A stretch of DNA of 64,000 nucleotides from Phoronis australis (taxonomy: Eukaryota > Animalia > Phoronida), in assembly GCA_002633005.1 (NCBI GenBank), contig NMRA01000022.1, forward strand, positions 1,718,639-1,782,638. Direction: 5' to 3'. The notes under the pieces are model-generated. The model saw only the letters and a list, made by a program, of their open reading frames with translations. It was not told where the DNA came from and ran no database searches. The position numbers and the translations under genes are program-made. Positions 1 through 14,100 of this stretch are shown in pieces (within the stretch, counting starts at the first letter, position 1; every line of letters starts with the position of its first letter).

Positions 1-1843
1 ATTATCGCTGTGCAAACATGTTCCGCGCCTGTATTACGTAGAATTATCAGTTAAATTGATTTGATGGACCTAAATATTTTTCCTTTCGTCAAAAAAATGG
101 AATGGTAAACTGCCATTGACTTGGAAAGGCCCAATTATGAATAGGTTGGCCAATGCATCTAATCCAAAAATCATTTTGTGTCATGGTCTACGCCCCCATT
201 ATCTTTCAACGGCCCATAAACTCAGGATAATAATCGCACGTCCGCACCATTTGTTTGCTAAAGCTCTTAATTTTTTCAAATTCACGTATCCTAGTTTCTG
301 ACGTAGTGATTTGGGAAGTGAGTTGTAATCATTGTCTTGAATGACCACGAATCAGTGACGAACAAAAATTTTCTTCTGCTCATGTAATTGCGTCACCTCC
401 TGATCAACACAGACCCCAGTTCGAGTGGCTGATTTTAACGTTATCACTGGTCTGAGTAAACGAATAACCCTTTTATGCACCCAGGTTTCAATGCACCTGA
501 CAAAATAAGTGACTGAAAGTACACTTTTGGGCTTTCTCAAATACGGAAAAATTTAACAATGCCATGCCCACCGGAAAAAATAGGATGTTAAAGATCAATA
601 AAAAGTGCGACTTTGGCCCATTTCAATTAAAATAAATTCACTACTGACCCGGTGCAAGAGAAGAGACCATGTTCTTTCAATCTAGATTCCAGAAATTCAA
701 GTTAAAATATTTCATTACCAACCAGACTTTTGACAATTGAAGGGTACGTGGATTCGCGCCAAGAATTTAACACTCAACACTCAATATGATCCCTAACAGG
801 TATAAAAGGGCTAAAATCAAAGGCCAGCAGTAACATACAATCTACAGTAATAAACAAATAATGATACAAGACAGATGAAACGTGCTGGTGAACAAAAACA
901 TTAAACACTCGTAACACTCTGGCCTGACCGTTACTTTACGACAACTTATTTTACATTTCAGCACCAGTAACAACTACGCCTACAGTTGTGTACAACCCTC
1001 CAGGTACAAGTTATGGAGTCTGATATGTTCCTCGTTTAGTTGACGGTTCTTAAAAGCTAACACCGTCAGTGTGCGGTTGTTGTACTAATGCCGATATAAA
1101 CCATGACCTGCTGTTTAAAAACATCACCGACCCCTCCAATTGAAGGTCTGTACGACCGATCTTGGTAAGTTGGTCGTAACAAAGTTCATTAACGTGACTG
1201 GTAAAGACTGTAGTTAAGTGTAAACAAGAAAAACTATCAACTTGACGCCAGTTGGAAAGTTTCACTCATATAAAAAACGCGGCGCCGCGTTGACAATAGC
1301 GTGCAGTAACAGATCTTTGCGAGAAATATGAATTCAAACGGCAAGACTCTGTCAGCTGATTTCCTGCAGGTGGTTAATCAAAAACCTCATAGTCAAACAA
1401 AGTGCATAGAAGAGTACATGCTGGGTACAGGCGACCCTAGGTGTGAGACACCTGGCGGAAAAAAGCACTAAGGTGATCGTAAATAATGAGCTGAGCTTCA
1501 TTTGAAAGGTTTTTGGGGATTCCTAGACTATTGTTTACTTAAATATGGATTTGTCGCACTGAAAAGTCGCAAAATATGACGAAGTACTTTTATTTGACGT
1601 TGCAGCGACGCTAAGATGACCCATTTGCAACAATCGTGTAATTTATTTATTATTTATTTATTTATTTTATTATTATTATTAATGTAATATTTACAATGAG
1701 GGTAGCCCCATCACTTCACACTGCTTTCCATGGTCGGGGGCCCTCAGTAACTGTAATGAAGTACGCTTCACGATAACCTTAGTTGCGGCACGCCATAAAT
1801 TAAAGCGGCTTCAGCTTAGTAACCCTTAGCTTGTTGCTTCCAG

Positions 1844-2173
1844 TTGGTCCGTGGTCAGTGAACATAACTGACTTGAGCAACAACTTGACTATACAACGTG
1901 GCACAGACCTTTTGCTCGTCTACAACATTCCACGCAGCCTGGATTGCTTTACCAGTGGCGTTTACCCGAACGCCACCGTCGATTGGGGGACTTTGAAAGA
2001 GCAGGGCGTTAAACGCGAAATTGATTCAGGACCAAATCAGCATAGGAAGTTCGCAAAGAAGTTGACCGTTACTCCAACGACAGCGCTGCACAATAAGACA
2101 GCCACCTGTACTGCAAACAACACTCTCAACAAAACGCTTTCGGCAAGCAGCTGGCTCATTTTTAAAGTTGCAT
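1844..2173 (+). CDS. Ig-like domain exon 1 (of those in window)
   Basis: cag|TTGGTCCG acceptor, T|gtgagt donor, 330 nt; GPWSV...LDCFTSGVYPNATVDW...LTVTPTTALHNKTATCTANN. Confidence 0.88.
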
Positions 2174-5100
2174 GTGAGTAAGATCGTAATTGGTCGCAGA
2201 CTGAACCTGGACCTACCGTATGTTTGTACAGCGAGCCATGGGTTATGATCAAGAGTGTTTAGAATATAAAAAACGACTCTATAAATCACTCAATTATATT
2301 ACAAAACAAATATAAAATATATTGGATAAAACAAAATTTCAAGCAGTTTTAAAATCCCTAGGAAATATCAAATCGAAATGAAGCTCAGGATTTGACAACA
2401 TTTCCACCAAACTTATGGCCGGAATGAACTGGACTACTCCGGTAATTATAAACCCACTCGCTACCATCATAAATCAATGTTCTGCAAAAGGTTGTTTTAC
2501 AAGTGGATTTGAAAATTGCCACGGCTGTGCATTTATACATAGCAATTGAAATAGATGAACATAATTTAACTACTACAAGCCTAATCTCTCTAATTCTTGC
2601 TTCTCAACATTGTTTGAAAAAATGCCTATGATCTACCTTACTGCCAGCAATCTCTCTCTAATATTGAGTTAACGATGTGTTCATATGATAGAAAGATTCC
2701 AGGGAAAACGAAAACAAGTTGTTTGATCCTAAGAGAGTTTCGTGGGCGGTGCACCATAGGAGGCTGGGGGGCTATAGCCCCCACTTTTTTCAGTGCTGCG
2801 CCACACATGGTTCTGCGTGTGCATGCATACGACCGTTGAGAACGAACAATGCTTTGAGTCGCCGCACGCCTTTGTAGCTTAGTGTTCACGAACACAGCAA
2901 ATTGTGGAAGGGGAAAATCGTCGTTCAAATTCTTTGATTTGATAGGTACCTCCGTCGACATTTCGCTGTTTCGATATCCATTTCTTACTAACGGCTTCAT
3001 ATCAGTCTCTCGGCGCGTGGTGTGTATAATAATGTCGACCTACTTTTAAGTAGGTGAACCCGCGAGAGTATCCGGTTGATATGGCGAACCCTCGAGGCGT
3101 GTAAATTGTTCTCTCCGCTGTGTGACTGCGCTTCATGGCTGACAGTTGACCTATCATAAGCTCTGCCACTTGCGTAATGTCGACAAACAAACAATAAGTT
3201 TTACCCGCCATCGTCTTGTTTGCCGGGTAAAATGCTGCGTTCTGATTGGTCACTTAAGCAGTCACTCGAAATCGATAGGTCAAATTAGAACTGCAAGTAA
3301 ATACGGGCAAGAGAAAACAGCTCAGAAGTACTACAAACGTTACAAATGCTGCTAGTGGCGTAACTGGGGGCAGCGGGTCCAGTTCCAAAAAACGAAGTTG
3401 ATCGGCAACCGAAATGGGTCAAATCCCTGAGAGAAGACATATCGACCATGCGGTATTAATATTTCCGCCAACTTGGATGACATGATCAAACTTAATACGA
3501 TATGAAAATACAAGAAGCCAATTAACTTATCGAGATGTGATCTAGAAGGCAACTTACTGTCCTTGGTCGTATAACAGTAGTAAAATCATTCATTTTATGC
3601 ATACATATGCATATGCATACATGCATGCATGCATGTACATACAAGCATGCATGTATGTATATATATATATTCCACTGTGCTTTTTCTTTATTATATTTCA
3701 TCAATTTGTTATATACGTTATTAAACACTACCTCTCCTTCTCCATATTTCAGCCGGACCTAGGGTGGTAACTCTGTACTTCGAAGATTCCGTACAACAAA
3801 ATAGAAGCGTCCTGTGGAAGATTGCTGGGATAAACGTTACCATTGACTGTCGAACAGATGAGGTGTACCCAAACGCCACTATGGGCTGGTCCGTATCACA
3901 GGTGCAGAGCAATATAAGAGTGAATGGAACAGAGCCCAACCAAGTGTTCTCAATGGCTCTTACGTTCGTCACGACTCCACAGCCACGTCAGCGGAGGTAC
4001 ACGTGCTCTGCCAACAACACGCGCGCCCCGTCTCTTTCGACTTGGGCTTTCTTCACACTGAAGATACTGTGTGAGTTGACGTAGGTTTAAACATTGTTAC
4101 TCTTGAATGAATCAGCAAGTACGCCAGAGGTATTCTCACCCTTATAGCTAAGGTTATGTGAAAACCCAGAAAAATGTTCCATATCAGCATGTCTTAGAGA
4201 TTCAAACACAAACCTTTCAGAGACTGTACGTTGTCCATTGCTATCTAGAATCGTTTTAGATTATTGTTTTAAAATGTTNNNNNNNNNNNNNNNNNNNNNN
4301 NNNNNNNNNNNNNNNNNNNNNNNNNNNNNNNNNNNNNNNNNNNNNNNNNNNNNNNNNNNNNNNNNNNNNNNNAGGGGGGGGGGGGCTATCAAAATTGGTA
4401 CTTCCATGTACGGATTTGATTAAAGACCAAAATTTTGTCCAAGTTAAGACCAAAATCGGGCTAAGTAAAAACTGAAGAGGAAAATTCAGGAAAGACCATT
4501 TCACTAACTTAAGTCCGATTTTGGTCTTCAGTCTTAACTTAGACAGAAATGAAGACGGGATTTCACATAGGTGAGCATACAAGCTACGCTTTCACCACCT
4601 TTTGCAAATCCACATAACTAAGCGAGGCAGTGTGTGAAATACGGTTTCAAGAATCATCTTGGCCGTGAAACTCTAAACTGGGGTTTATTTACAACAATTT
4701 GGACACAATTGAAATCTCGTTTACGTGCAACGATCCTGTTGTGGGTGGAAAATATTTCACATGTGCGAGTAAGTCGCAATATATTGTCACTTCAAATCTA
4801 CGCCACTTTGCCAGGTCTCAAATGGCAAGTAGACTATCTTCAATTTGACATTATTTAGGGATATTAGATTGTGAAAATATCAACGGATGCTTTTCCTCAA
4901 CAGTTAGAAATGATAATCATAAACTTTGGTCACTTAGACAAAAAATCTTCTAAGTCTTAGCTTAGACCGATTTCTGTCTTAATTTTGGTCTTAAGATGCT
5001 TGATGAAACGACCTCAGACATTTTGATCTTGAGTTAACCCGATTTCGGTTTTAGTTACGACAGAAAAGGTTTCCTGAACTTGGCCGTGTGACCCAATTTA

Positions 5101-8100
5101 TTGGCAGGCTGGCGTTAGTCAAAAAATTCTTCAGATTTATGGTTTCAAGAAATTCTGACAATATTTAAACTCCATAATTTCTATGTCATTTGCCCAGCTG
5201 CGCTGACTTGTTGATACAGTGCTTGGCGCTTAGCTTGACGCCATAAGTTGCATTTGGGACTGTTATTGTCTTATTATAAGTCAGAAATAAAATGACACAC
5301 TGAGGCAAGAATATGTTACGAAAGGTCATGAGTCACTCAGATGCAAGTTAACAACAGTGATGAAATATTCGCAAACTAGGAAAACAGAACCAGAATACGG
5401 CGCATCCCCGTGGGCTGCTCATTCAACGCAGGTGGCGAAGGGTTATAACCCACCCAGTTCAATCATTCAGTTTTAGGGTCAGCTATTTGAGAGTCTTCTC
5501 ACCACCTTCATATTTCAGCTGGCCCTACGATACTAACTATTTCCTCCGAAAATTCCTTGATACCCAATAACAGCATCCTGTGGAAGATTGCAGGCCTAAA
5601 TGTCACCGTAGACTGTGAAACGGACAATGTGACCGGAAACGCCAGCATCGCTTGGTCCACAGCGCAGGGGCAGGGCAATGTAAGAGAAATCGGAACACAA
5701 CCCAATAAAAGATTTTCAGTAGCTCTTACTTTCGTTACGACTCCACATCCACATCTTCGAAGGTACACGTGCTCTGCCAACAACACGCGCGCCCCGTCTC
5801 TTTCTACTTGGGCTTTCTTCACACTGAAGATACTGTGTGAGTTGACGTAGGTTTTAACATTAATACTTACGAATGAATCAAAAAGTACGCCAGAGGTATT
5901 TTCACCCTTATAGCTAAGGTAATGTGAAAACTCAGAAAAATGTTCCATAACATCAGGTCTTAGAGATTCAAACAAACCTTTCAGATAAGATTCTTCGTCC
6001 ATTGTTCTCTAGAATCGTTTTAGATTATTGTTTTAAAACGCTCCACTATGGCAGGGGGGTATCAAATTTGGAACTTCCATGCACGGTTTTGATTAAAGAG
6101 CAGAAGTTTTGTCAAAGTTAAGACCGAAATTGGCCTAAGTTAAGACTGAAGACGAAAATTCAAAAAGACCGTTTCACTAACGTAAAGTCCGTTTTTGGTC
6201 TTCAGTCTTAGACAGAAATGAAGACGGGATTTCATATAGGTGAGCATATAAACTACGCTTTCACCACCTTTTGTAAATCCACATAACTAAGCGAGGCAGT
6301 GTTTGAAATACGGTTTCAAGAATCATCTTGGCCGTGAAACTCTAAATTGGGGTTTATTTACAACAATTTGGACCCAATTGAAATCTCGTTTAAGTGCGGA
6401 GACCCTGTCGTGGGTGAAAAATATCATTTCACATGTGCAAGTTAGTCACCATATATTGTCTGTTCGAATCTACGCCACTTTGCCAGGTCTCAAATGGCAA
6501 GTAGACTATCTTCAATTTGGCATTATTTAGGGATATTAGATTGTGAAAATATCAACGGACGTTTTTCCTCAACAGTTAGAAAGGATAATCGTAAACTTTG
6601 GTCACTTAGACAAAATATTAAAAGTCCTAGCTCAGACCGATTTCTGTCTTTATTTTGGTCTAAGAAGTTTGATAAAAAGGCTTTAGACATTTTGGTCTTG
6701 AGTTATCCTGATTTCGGTTTAAGTTACGACAGAAAAGGTTTCATGAAACGGGCCGTGTGACCCAATTAATTGACAGGCTGATGTTAGTCAAATTAAATTC
6801 TACAGATTTATGGTTTCAAGAAATTCTGACAATATTTAAGCTTAATAATTTCTAGCCATTTACCCAAATGCACTAACTTGTTGATGCAGTTCTTGACGCT
6901 TAGTTTGACGCCATAAGTTGCATTTGGGACTGTTATTATCTTATTAGAAGTCAGAAATAGAATGACACACTGTGGCAAGAATATGTTACGAAGGGTCATG
7001 AGACACTCAGATGCAAGTTAACAGCAATGATGAAATATTCCTAAACCCACTCAGCTATAAGTTCAATAATTCGATTTTAGGGTCAGTTATTCGAGAGTAT
7101 TCTTACCACCTTCATATTTCAGCTGGCCCTACGATACTGACTATTACCTCTGAAAATTCCTTGATACCCAATAACAGCATCATGTGGAAGATGCCAGGCC
7201 TTAATGTCACCGTAGACTGTGAAACAGACGACATGTTCGGAAACGCCAGCATCGGCTGGTCCAGAGCACAAGAGCAGGGCAATGTAAGAGAAATCGGAAC
7301 AGAACCACATAAAAGATTTTTAGCATCTCTTACGTTCGTCACGACTCCACATCCACATCTTCGAAGGTACACGTGCTCTGCCAACAACACGCGCGCCCCG
7401 TCTCTTTCGACTTGGGCATTCTTCACACTGAAGATACTGTGTGAGTTGACGTAGGTTTTAACATTGTTACTCATGAATGAATCAGTGAGTACGGATTAAT
7501 GCTACGTGAGAACCCAAAATATGTTCCGATTTGGCTAACGTCGGAACATCATATCTTAGAGGTTCTTAAGCGAAACTTCCAGATATTGCAATGTTCACGA
7601 TTTATAATTTCAGCGATATTCGCTTGAGCTCTATGCATCTTCTACCGTCTCTCGCAGCGCAACAGTAAGAGAAAAAAGAAAACTGATTAAAATGACTGGT
7701 ACTTATCGTGACTGTTCTTGTCTTAATTATCATAAGTCAGAAATAACACGACTCACTGTAAGAATATGTTGCAAAAGGGCACGACCCTCAGATGCAACCC
7801 AATAGCAGTGCTGAAATATACACACAAATGTTCTTGGAAAGCAGAGGGAGAGTGCGGAACACCGCTGTGAGCTGCTTATTCAACACAGGTGGCGAAGGGT
7901 CATGACTCATTCAGGTATGACTTACTTGACTTATGCCTATGGACACCTTAAGGGGCATAGGGGCTCCGTGTCTGCTCGCCATCTGATCCGGTTGGTAGCC
8001 TTTGTTAGGATCTTGTTCCATGACATGGAAATAGAGAGGTGTACCGATGATACAGTTCTTCTCAATTTTTTGCACAGGTCTGCCTCGCTTCTGTCTCCCT

Positions 8101-11100
8101 TGTGTGTTCCAGTTTAGGTGCATGCTTGGTGATATTTGTATTCGGCTTTCGCAGAGTGTGAGCAATCCAACTCCACTTCCTTCCCTTAATGTGGATCTCT
8201 ATGGCTTCTTGCCTGACTCAGTTCCACACACTTTCATTTGTTACTCCGTCAGACCACTTGATTTGCAGGATGTGATGCAAACATACGTTTGTTAACACTT
8301 AATGCTTGGTTAGAGTTTCATTTTCATGGCCCTCTTCACCACATCCAACAGAACGAACTTGCCAGATGGCCATTTTTAGGGATACCCATGGATCACTGTT
8401 GTATCGATTACCTTTTCATGCCCAAAAAATCGCTGGAATCCTGGTCTGTTACCTTCATATTTTAGCCGGCCCTACGGTGCTCACTATGCGCTTTGAAAAT
8501 TCCGAGCTACCAAACAACTTTGAGAAATTGGAAAGTCTGACTAAGTAACTTGGAGCTTAAGCAAATGACTCTAAGCAAGAGTCAACGACTTAATGTCCAA
8601 GCCATCCGATGAAGTAACAACACGACCGCTTTCGTTACGATAGGGTATAGGTTCCACAACTGGTGTACAAGTATCCGAAGCAACTTTAGGATCATCTTGT
8701 CCGGGTCAGAGACAACGTGACAGCTCAAACTCACACAAACAGATTTCACGTGTGTTGGCTTTGTCGGTCTACTTTCGTACATGAACACGACTACGACAGA
8801 TCAGATGATTGTCCTTAATTTCTAACACATGCGATCGGGTGCGCAACTGTTTTTACACTTTAGCCTTCTTTCACGCATTTCGTAAGTGATGCAGTTTTTG
8901 TACATGCACTGGCGTTCCCTCTCGGATTTCAGCACTCGGGGTTTTCACATGTTTGTCGTAGTAGCTTTGCGTGATTTGACGTTTGCGAATTTTCTCGGAA
9001 AGTTCCACCCTCGACTGTTTTGGGGTACACTTAGCAGCAGGTAAGAAGGACCGGATTTTGCGTAGTATCGGCCGTTCGATTGGACTTGTCCTCAGTAACT
9101 GAGTTTCTGTACTCCAACAGCGCGAGTTGTAGGTCGGGAGACCTTTTAAGTAACAATTTCAGAACCTATGGAACCAAAAATAAATTCTACATGACCTGTT
9201 ACAGAATTGGGTGAAACTTAACCAGCGGATTCATATCCACCTCAAACGACACGAACCACCGTAATACACTCATTGACCTCTCCATCTATTTTGATACCCC
9301 CTGAATTTTTTACTTGAAACATACAAAAAATTCAGCTTAAAATGACCTCTTTTGGTAATGGAACTATTCGTTGTAGACTGAGGACTGATATTTGCTACTG
9401 TGCAGGCAGGTATGATGTTCATTCCCCAGTCCATGAATATAATTTTCAAAGAAATAAAACTACCCCTTTCGCTGGGGTACTCGTTTTGTCGTACCACCTT
9501 TTAAGTACCCAAACTCAAACTAAGTTATTGGTAAATATATAGCAAGCTGTAACAAAGTGACTCTTTTAATCTGTAGACCATGAATAAAAGTTACAACAAT
9601 AAAGGCCAGATGTCTTAGTCTTTTTCGACTTGATGGTCAGAAATTTAACTGGAAGTGTGCATTTTTGGTTGTCAGGTGTCAAGTACCTGTTGTAATTGCT
9701 CATTAATATAAAATACCAACAGTGACTGAAACTTTTAAATGGGCAGTAGAAACATTATTTCACTTGCAGAATTATTGTTATTACATATTTCATTACATAT
9801 GGCCCAAAATACATGTATGAAGTTACAAATAACATTATACAGTGTCGCCCTTCTCTTCAATGATAAATAGGCAAGTGTAAACTAAGCAAGTTGATGAACC
9901 TATGGAGAGTGGAGAAATTCCAAGAATGACCACCGGTCTGATTAAGCCTCACACTCCATTAAAAGGAAATTCGTCTTCAATGGCAATGGCATTGCATCAT
10001 TTACAAATTCTTTCACTGTATTCAATGAACACATGATATTGACGACTCCATAATACAATTCGGTTACTGGTCCGATCATTAAATGGTGACGGCTTTTTTA
10101 AAAGTGCTGTTTCCAGAAGGAGGAAATCATTTTGGAAGTTTAATAACTCTCTCTTAAAAACTGAGTATATTGCTGCGGTCAAGGATACTATTAAATTAGT
10201 TAAACAGCAGGATATGAGTGACGACATACAGACAGTCGATAGGACAAGTGATTCAGATTTGACAAATATCTATAAATAATCAACATTTTCTTGAAACGGT
10301 GTTGTTGGAGATTCGCGGCAAAACAATTTCATTTCCTACTTACTTAAAAAGAAAGAGTGAAAGAGCTGAACAGCAACTTATCAAAGAAATAAGCTTGTTG
10401 AAAAAAGTCTAAGCCTTGATAGGGGACTACTGGAACAAAAAACAATCAACTTGCCGACCTAAGGCAGAATAAGTTTAGGGGTCTTGTAACTAGGTCGAGA
10501 GTAAGATGGATTGAAGAGGGTAAAAAGCTTTCCAACTATTTTCTTCACTTGGAATATAGGCATTACACAAGTAAGTTAATGTCCTTTTTGTGGACAACGC
10601 TAACTCGATTTTGAAGAAGCATTTGATTCATTGTCGTGCAATTTTAGTCAAAAAAAACTTTTAATTATCTTTTCTTAATTTTGGTTGGTCGATCAGAAGG
10701 TGGGTATAAGTATTTTATAGTAATATTATGTCGTGTGTTGTCGTAAATGGTCACCAATCTTCCTGGTTCATTATTTCGCGTGGCTGCAGTCAAGGTAATC
10801 CTTCGTCTCCCTACATTTTCATATTCTGCGCGAAGATTTGGGCGTATTTAATCAAGAATAATAAAAATATTGCAGGTATAGTTGCAGTAAACAAAAAATG
10901 TTTGATTTTAAAATATGCGGACGACACATCAATTACTTTGGTAGGGTCAAATTTGTCGTTGACTACCACATTGAATGTACCACATTTGTTTGCTAGCGTC
11001 TCCGGTCTCCAAGTAAATGTGGATGAAACAAAAACCATATGGTTTGGATGTAAAACCGGTAGTGACGATGTGATTCCTACAAAAGAAAGTCTGTCTTGGA

Positions 11101-14100
11101 CAAAAATCTTTTATAATGTTGGGGTTGGATTTTGACACTCAATTGGATAGAATGACGTATAAAATCTTCACTGTAAGAATGACTGAACTTAAGTCTTTAT
11201 TAAAAAGTTGGAGTCAACGAAATTTAGCGCCGTTTGGTAGAGTAACTATAATGAAACGTTAGCTGTTTCTAAACTTAGTTTTTGTTGTCAATTTTACCAA
11301 ATCCACCAGTAAGCCTTGGATGAATTGAATACGATAATCTTTAGATTTGTATGGCGCGCTTTAAATGGTAAAATTTAACGAACTACGTCCTATTTAGTAC
11401 TAGATCAACGGGGACCTCAAATGGTGAATATACATACTTTCAGCAAAGCTTTATAAAAATTGCCATGGCCCATAGATATCTTGAAAGCCCTGCGTCTAAA
11501 TGTGGTCAATCACTATACTCACACTACCCGTTCTGAAAGAATTTTTCTTCATTTGGAGATAACTTTATTAAGTCGAAGTTAACTCTAACTGATAATTCCT
11601 ACTGGCGCAAAGTACTTGGAAGTATGACATCTCTATAAGAAAATAATTCTTGCGAGTAAGAAGACTTTTAGAATCAACCTTTAGTAGTAACTTGGGGATC
11701 GGAGGCTCAAGTGTTTTTTATACATGTAAGTCTTGGTTTGTAAAAGGCATAAGATTCGTCAAAGATATGTATACGTCTGATGGCAATTTCGTTAGTTTAG
11801 AGCATATGATAAATGTGTTTGATGTAAAAATCAGCTTAATGTTTGTAGAATATAATGGTGTTGTTTCTGTTCAAAGAAGGTTCCAAAAAGTCTATTTCAA
11901 AGTAAATTTAATAGGTTTAATGTCTGTTCTCCTTGCATGCCTTTAGCAATGACTTTACTTACGGAAAGATGTGAAGGGTTGTAGTCATATTTGCTCTATC
12001 TTTAACAACATTAAGAAACCTTATAAGTATAAAGGGAAAATAGTGTTTGGAGCTAGTTTGGACTGGAAGAAAATATACGTAATGCCTTATGAAATTACAA
12101 AGGATCCTAACATTAGATGGTTCCAATTTAGAATAAGACACAGGCTTATTGCAAAAATGCTTTTTAGTCAAAATCCAATTCGGTATTCTAAATTATATTC
12201 CTTTTGTAATAAAGCTCCAAAGACGCTGTCACATCTTTTTGCGTATGTCGCCCTGTATATGATTTTTGTAAGAAATTCAGAAAACCACTTCAAATGTGTC
12301 TCATTCAGCTTCCCAGCTGCATCTCTTACAAACGTGTTATTCTCGGACTTTATGAGACACATGATTTTCTATTTTAAATTTTGTTATTACCAGCCAAACA
12401 GTACATTTACAAGGAGTGATGTTACAAAAACATACCTAACATTTACAAGTTTGTACTTATGAGTACTATAATGTTGAAAATTTTGTATATGACAGTTTCT
12501 CTGGGAAATGGGAAAATTTATTGTTGAGTTAATTCCACGTAGCAGTTGAAACGATATACGAGAATGGTCTCTCCTGAGGTGTGCATGCGTGAATGAATGG
12601 ATGTACTTATTTGCTTGTTTGTTTTGTATATATGATAATAAATATCTGAAAAAGCTAGTCAGAATATGTGAATGAATCCTTGGAATCGGGGCCTAAAACA
12701 GCATAACACGGTGGAGGCATATAGTCGGAGCAATGAGGGATAACCCTAGACCGAACCTTGAATGAACCGCGGTTGACGGCTTACAGTCCGAAGCAAGTGC
12801 AGCGATGCGATATCCTTGTTGTTTCCAAGTACATCAGCAGGGACCTCGATGTCGAAGCTGACTCCTGGCCATGCCACAGCGGCTGAAGGAGGGGATCGCA
12901 GAAAGTGTGTCCTATGGACAAGTGGCTGTCGTGACAAAGCGATCATAGCGATAGACACCGACTTCTCCTACACCAGCCTCTTTCTTGTCTGAGTGCTCAC
13001 GGACGTTGTTTCTCACCATAAATGGGGTAGAAGCAAGGACATCAACGTCTAGTGTCTTAATGGCAAGGCCCTCGGAGACCAATTTGTGGCAACCAAGCAT
13101 GATATTGGTCTTGGTTTCGCCGACATCAAGTGTGGAGAGAACATCATCTTGTAAAGCATGCTGGGTGTTGGGGACGATAGGTGCACCGAGTGATTGGGCA
13201 CAAGTTTCGCGTATCATATTTCCTGTAGTACCTACCACAATCGAGAGTAAACCATACCGGTTGATTGTTACACACAGCCTCGATGAAAGGTGACTGGATA
13301 ATGTGCACTCGGGTCGCTATGGACTCTTCGGGTTCGAAAATCTCGTCGGGATACTCTGAGAGACTGGGATCATCAACCTTGGAGAAGCAGGCCTTCGTGA
13401 AATAGCGTCTGTCTTCTGCGAATAAGTAGGGACGCTGAGACAAGTAGTGGTGAAACTGAGCGATGAGCTTGCTTACACAGTGGACAAGACTTTGCTGGGC
13501 TTCAGCGAGGGACCAAGGTTGCCTTGCGAGGTAGTGCCAGCATCGCTTTGACATCTTGAAGTGTTTGTAACTCATCAACCAATGGTTGAAGTGCCTTGAT
13601 GCGCCGTGAAATGTAACAATTTTGTGAAATGTAACAAGTTGTTACATTTTATGTCACTGTTACATTTTACGTCGAATGCTCAAGCGATAAATGTACTATT
13701 GTTACATTTTACGAAAGCGACGTCATATTTCATGAGTTTGCTTGGTATTTGTCACAGGGAGGAAAACGGTTTACGCACTTAACGGATTTTTTTTTCTCAA
13801 ATGGCTTGAATGAAATTCTGTCAAATGAACAGCTCAAATGTGTCCCTATGGGCTCTACATAGTCTTTTGTTTTTCTGTTTTGTCTTATTTTTTTGAACAC
13901 GAATAGTTTCTTAGTATCGTCAAAAAATGAACCCCTTGCAGTTTCAACTCAAATTTTTCTCCCACCCCATCAGCCCCCCTACACGACTGTTGGCATCTCC
14001 AATTTCAAACACTACCATTCAACCCCCGCTACCCTTCACATTCCTTCCTCTACCTCTCCTTATTGTCCCGTTGCCCACCTCCGGACCTATCTGGCCTTAT

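Larger units (their letters stand above)
3990..7500 (+). repeat. Tandem duplication of exon+intron units (about 1.6-1.8 kb period)
   Basis: Introns 4071-5518 and 5837-7122 are colinear and highly similar; the 3' ends of exons 2, 3 and 4 are nearly identical; a more diverged copy continues to about 8518. Confidence 0.9.

Noticed and set aside
2174-2181. In-frame stop codons shortly after several splice donors
   Set aside because: Expected by-product of GTRAGT donors in AT-rich introns; no evidence for regulated read-through
4634-6530. Duplicated short ORFs MKYGFKNHLGRETLNWG...
   Set aside because: Inside the duplicated intronic MITE-like element; similarity reflects the DNA duplication, with non-ATG starts and no splice context
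5508-7474. Minus-strand ORFs overlapping the Ig exons (also 3721-3972, 23809-24147, 56376-56717)
   Set aside because: Antisense shadows of the real exons with no recognisable motifs
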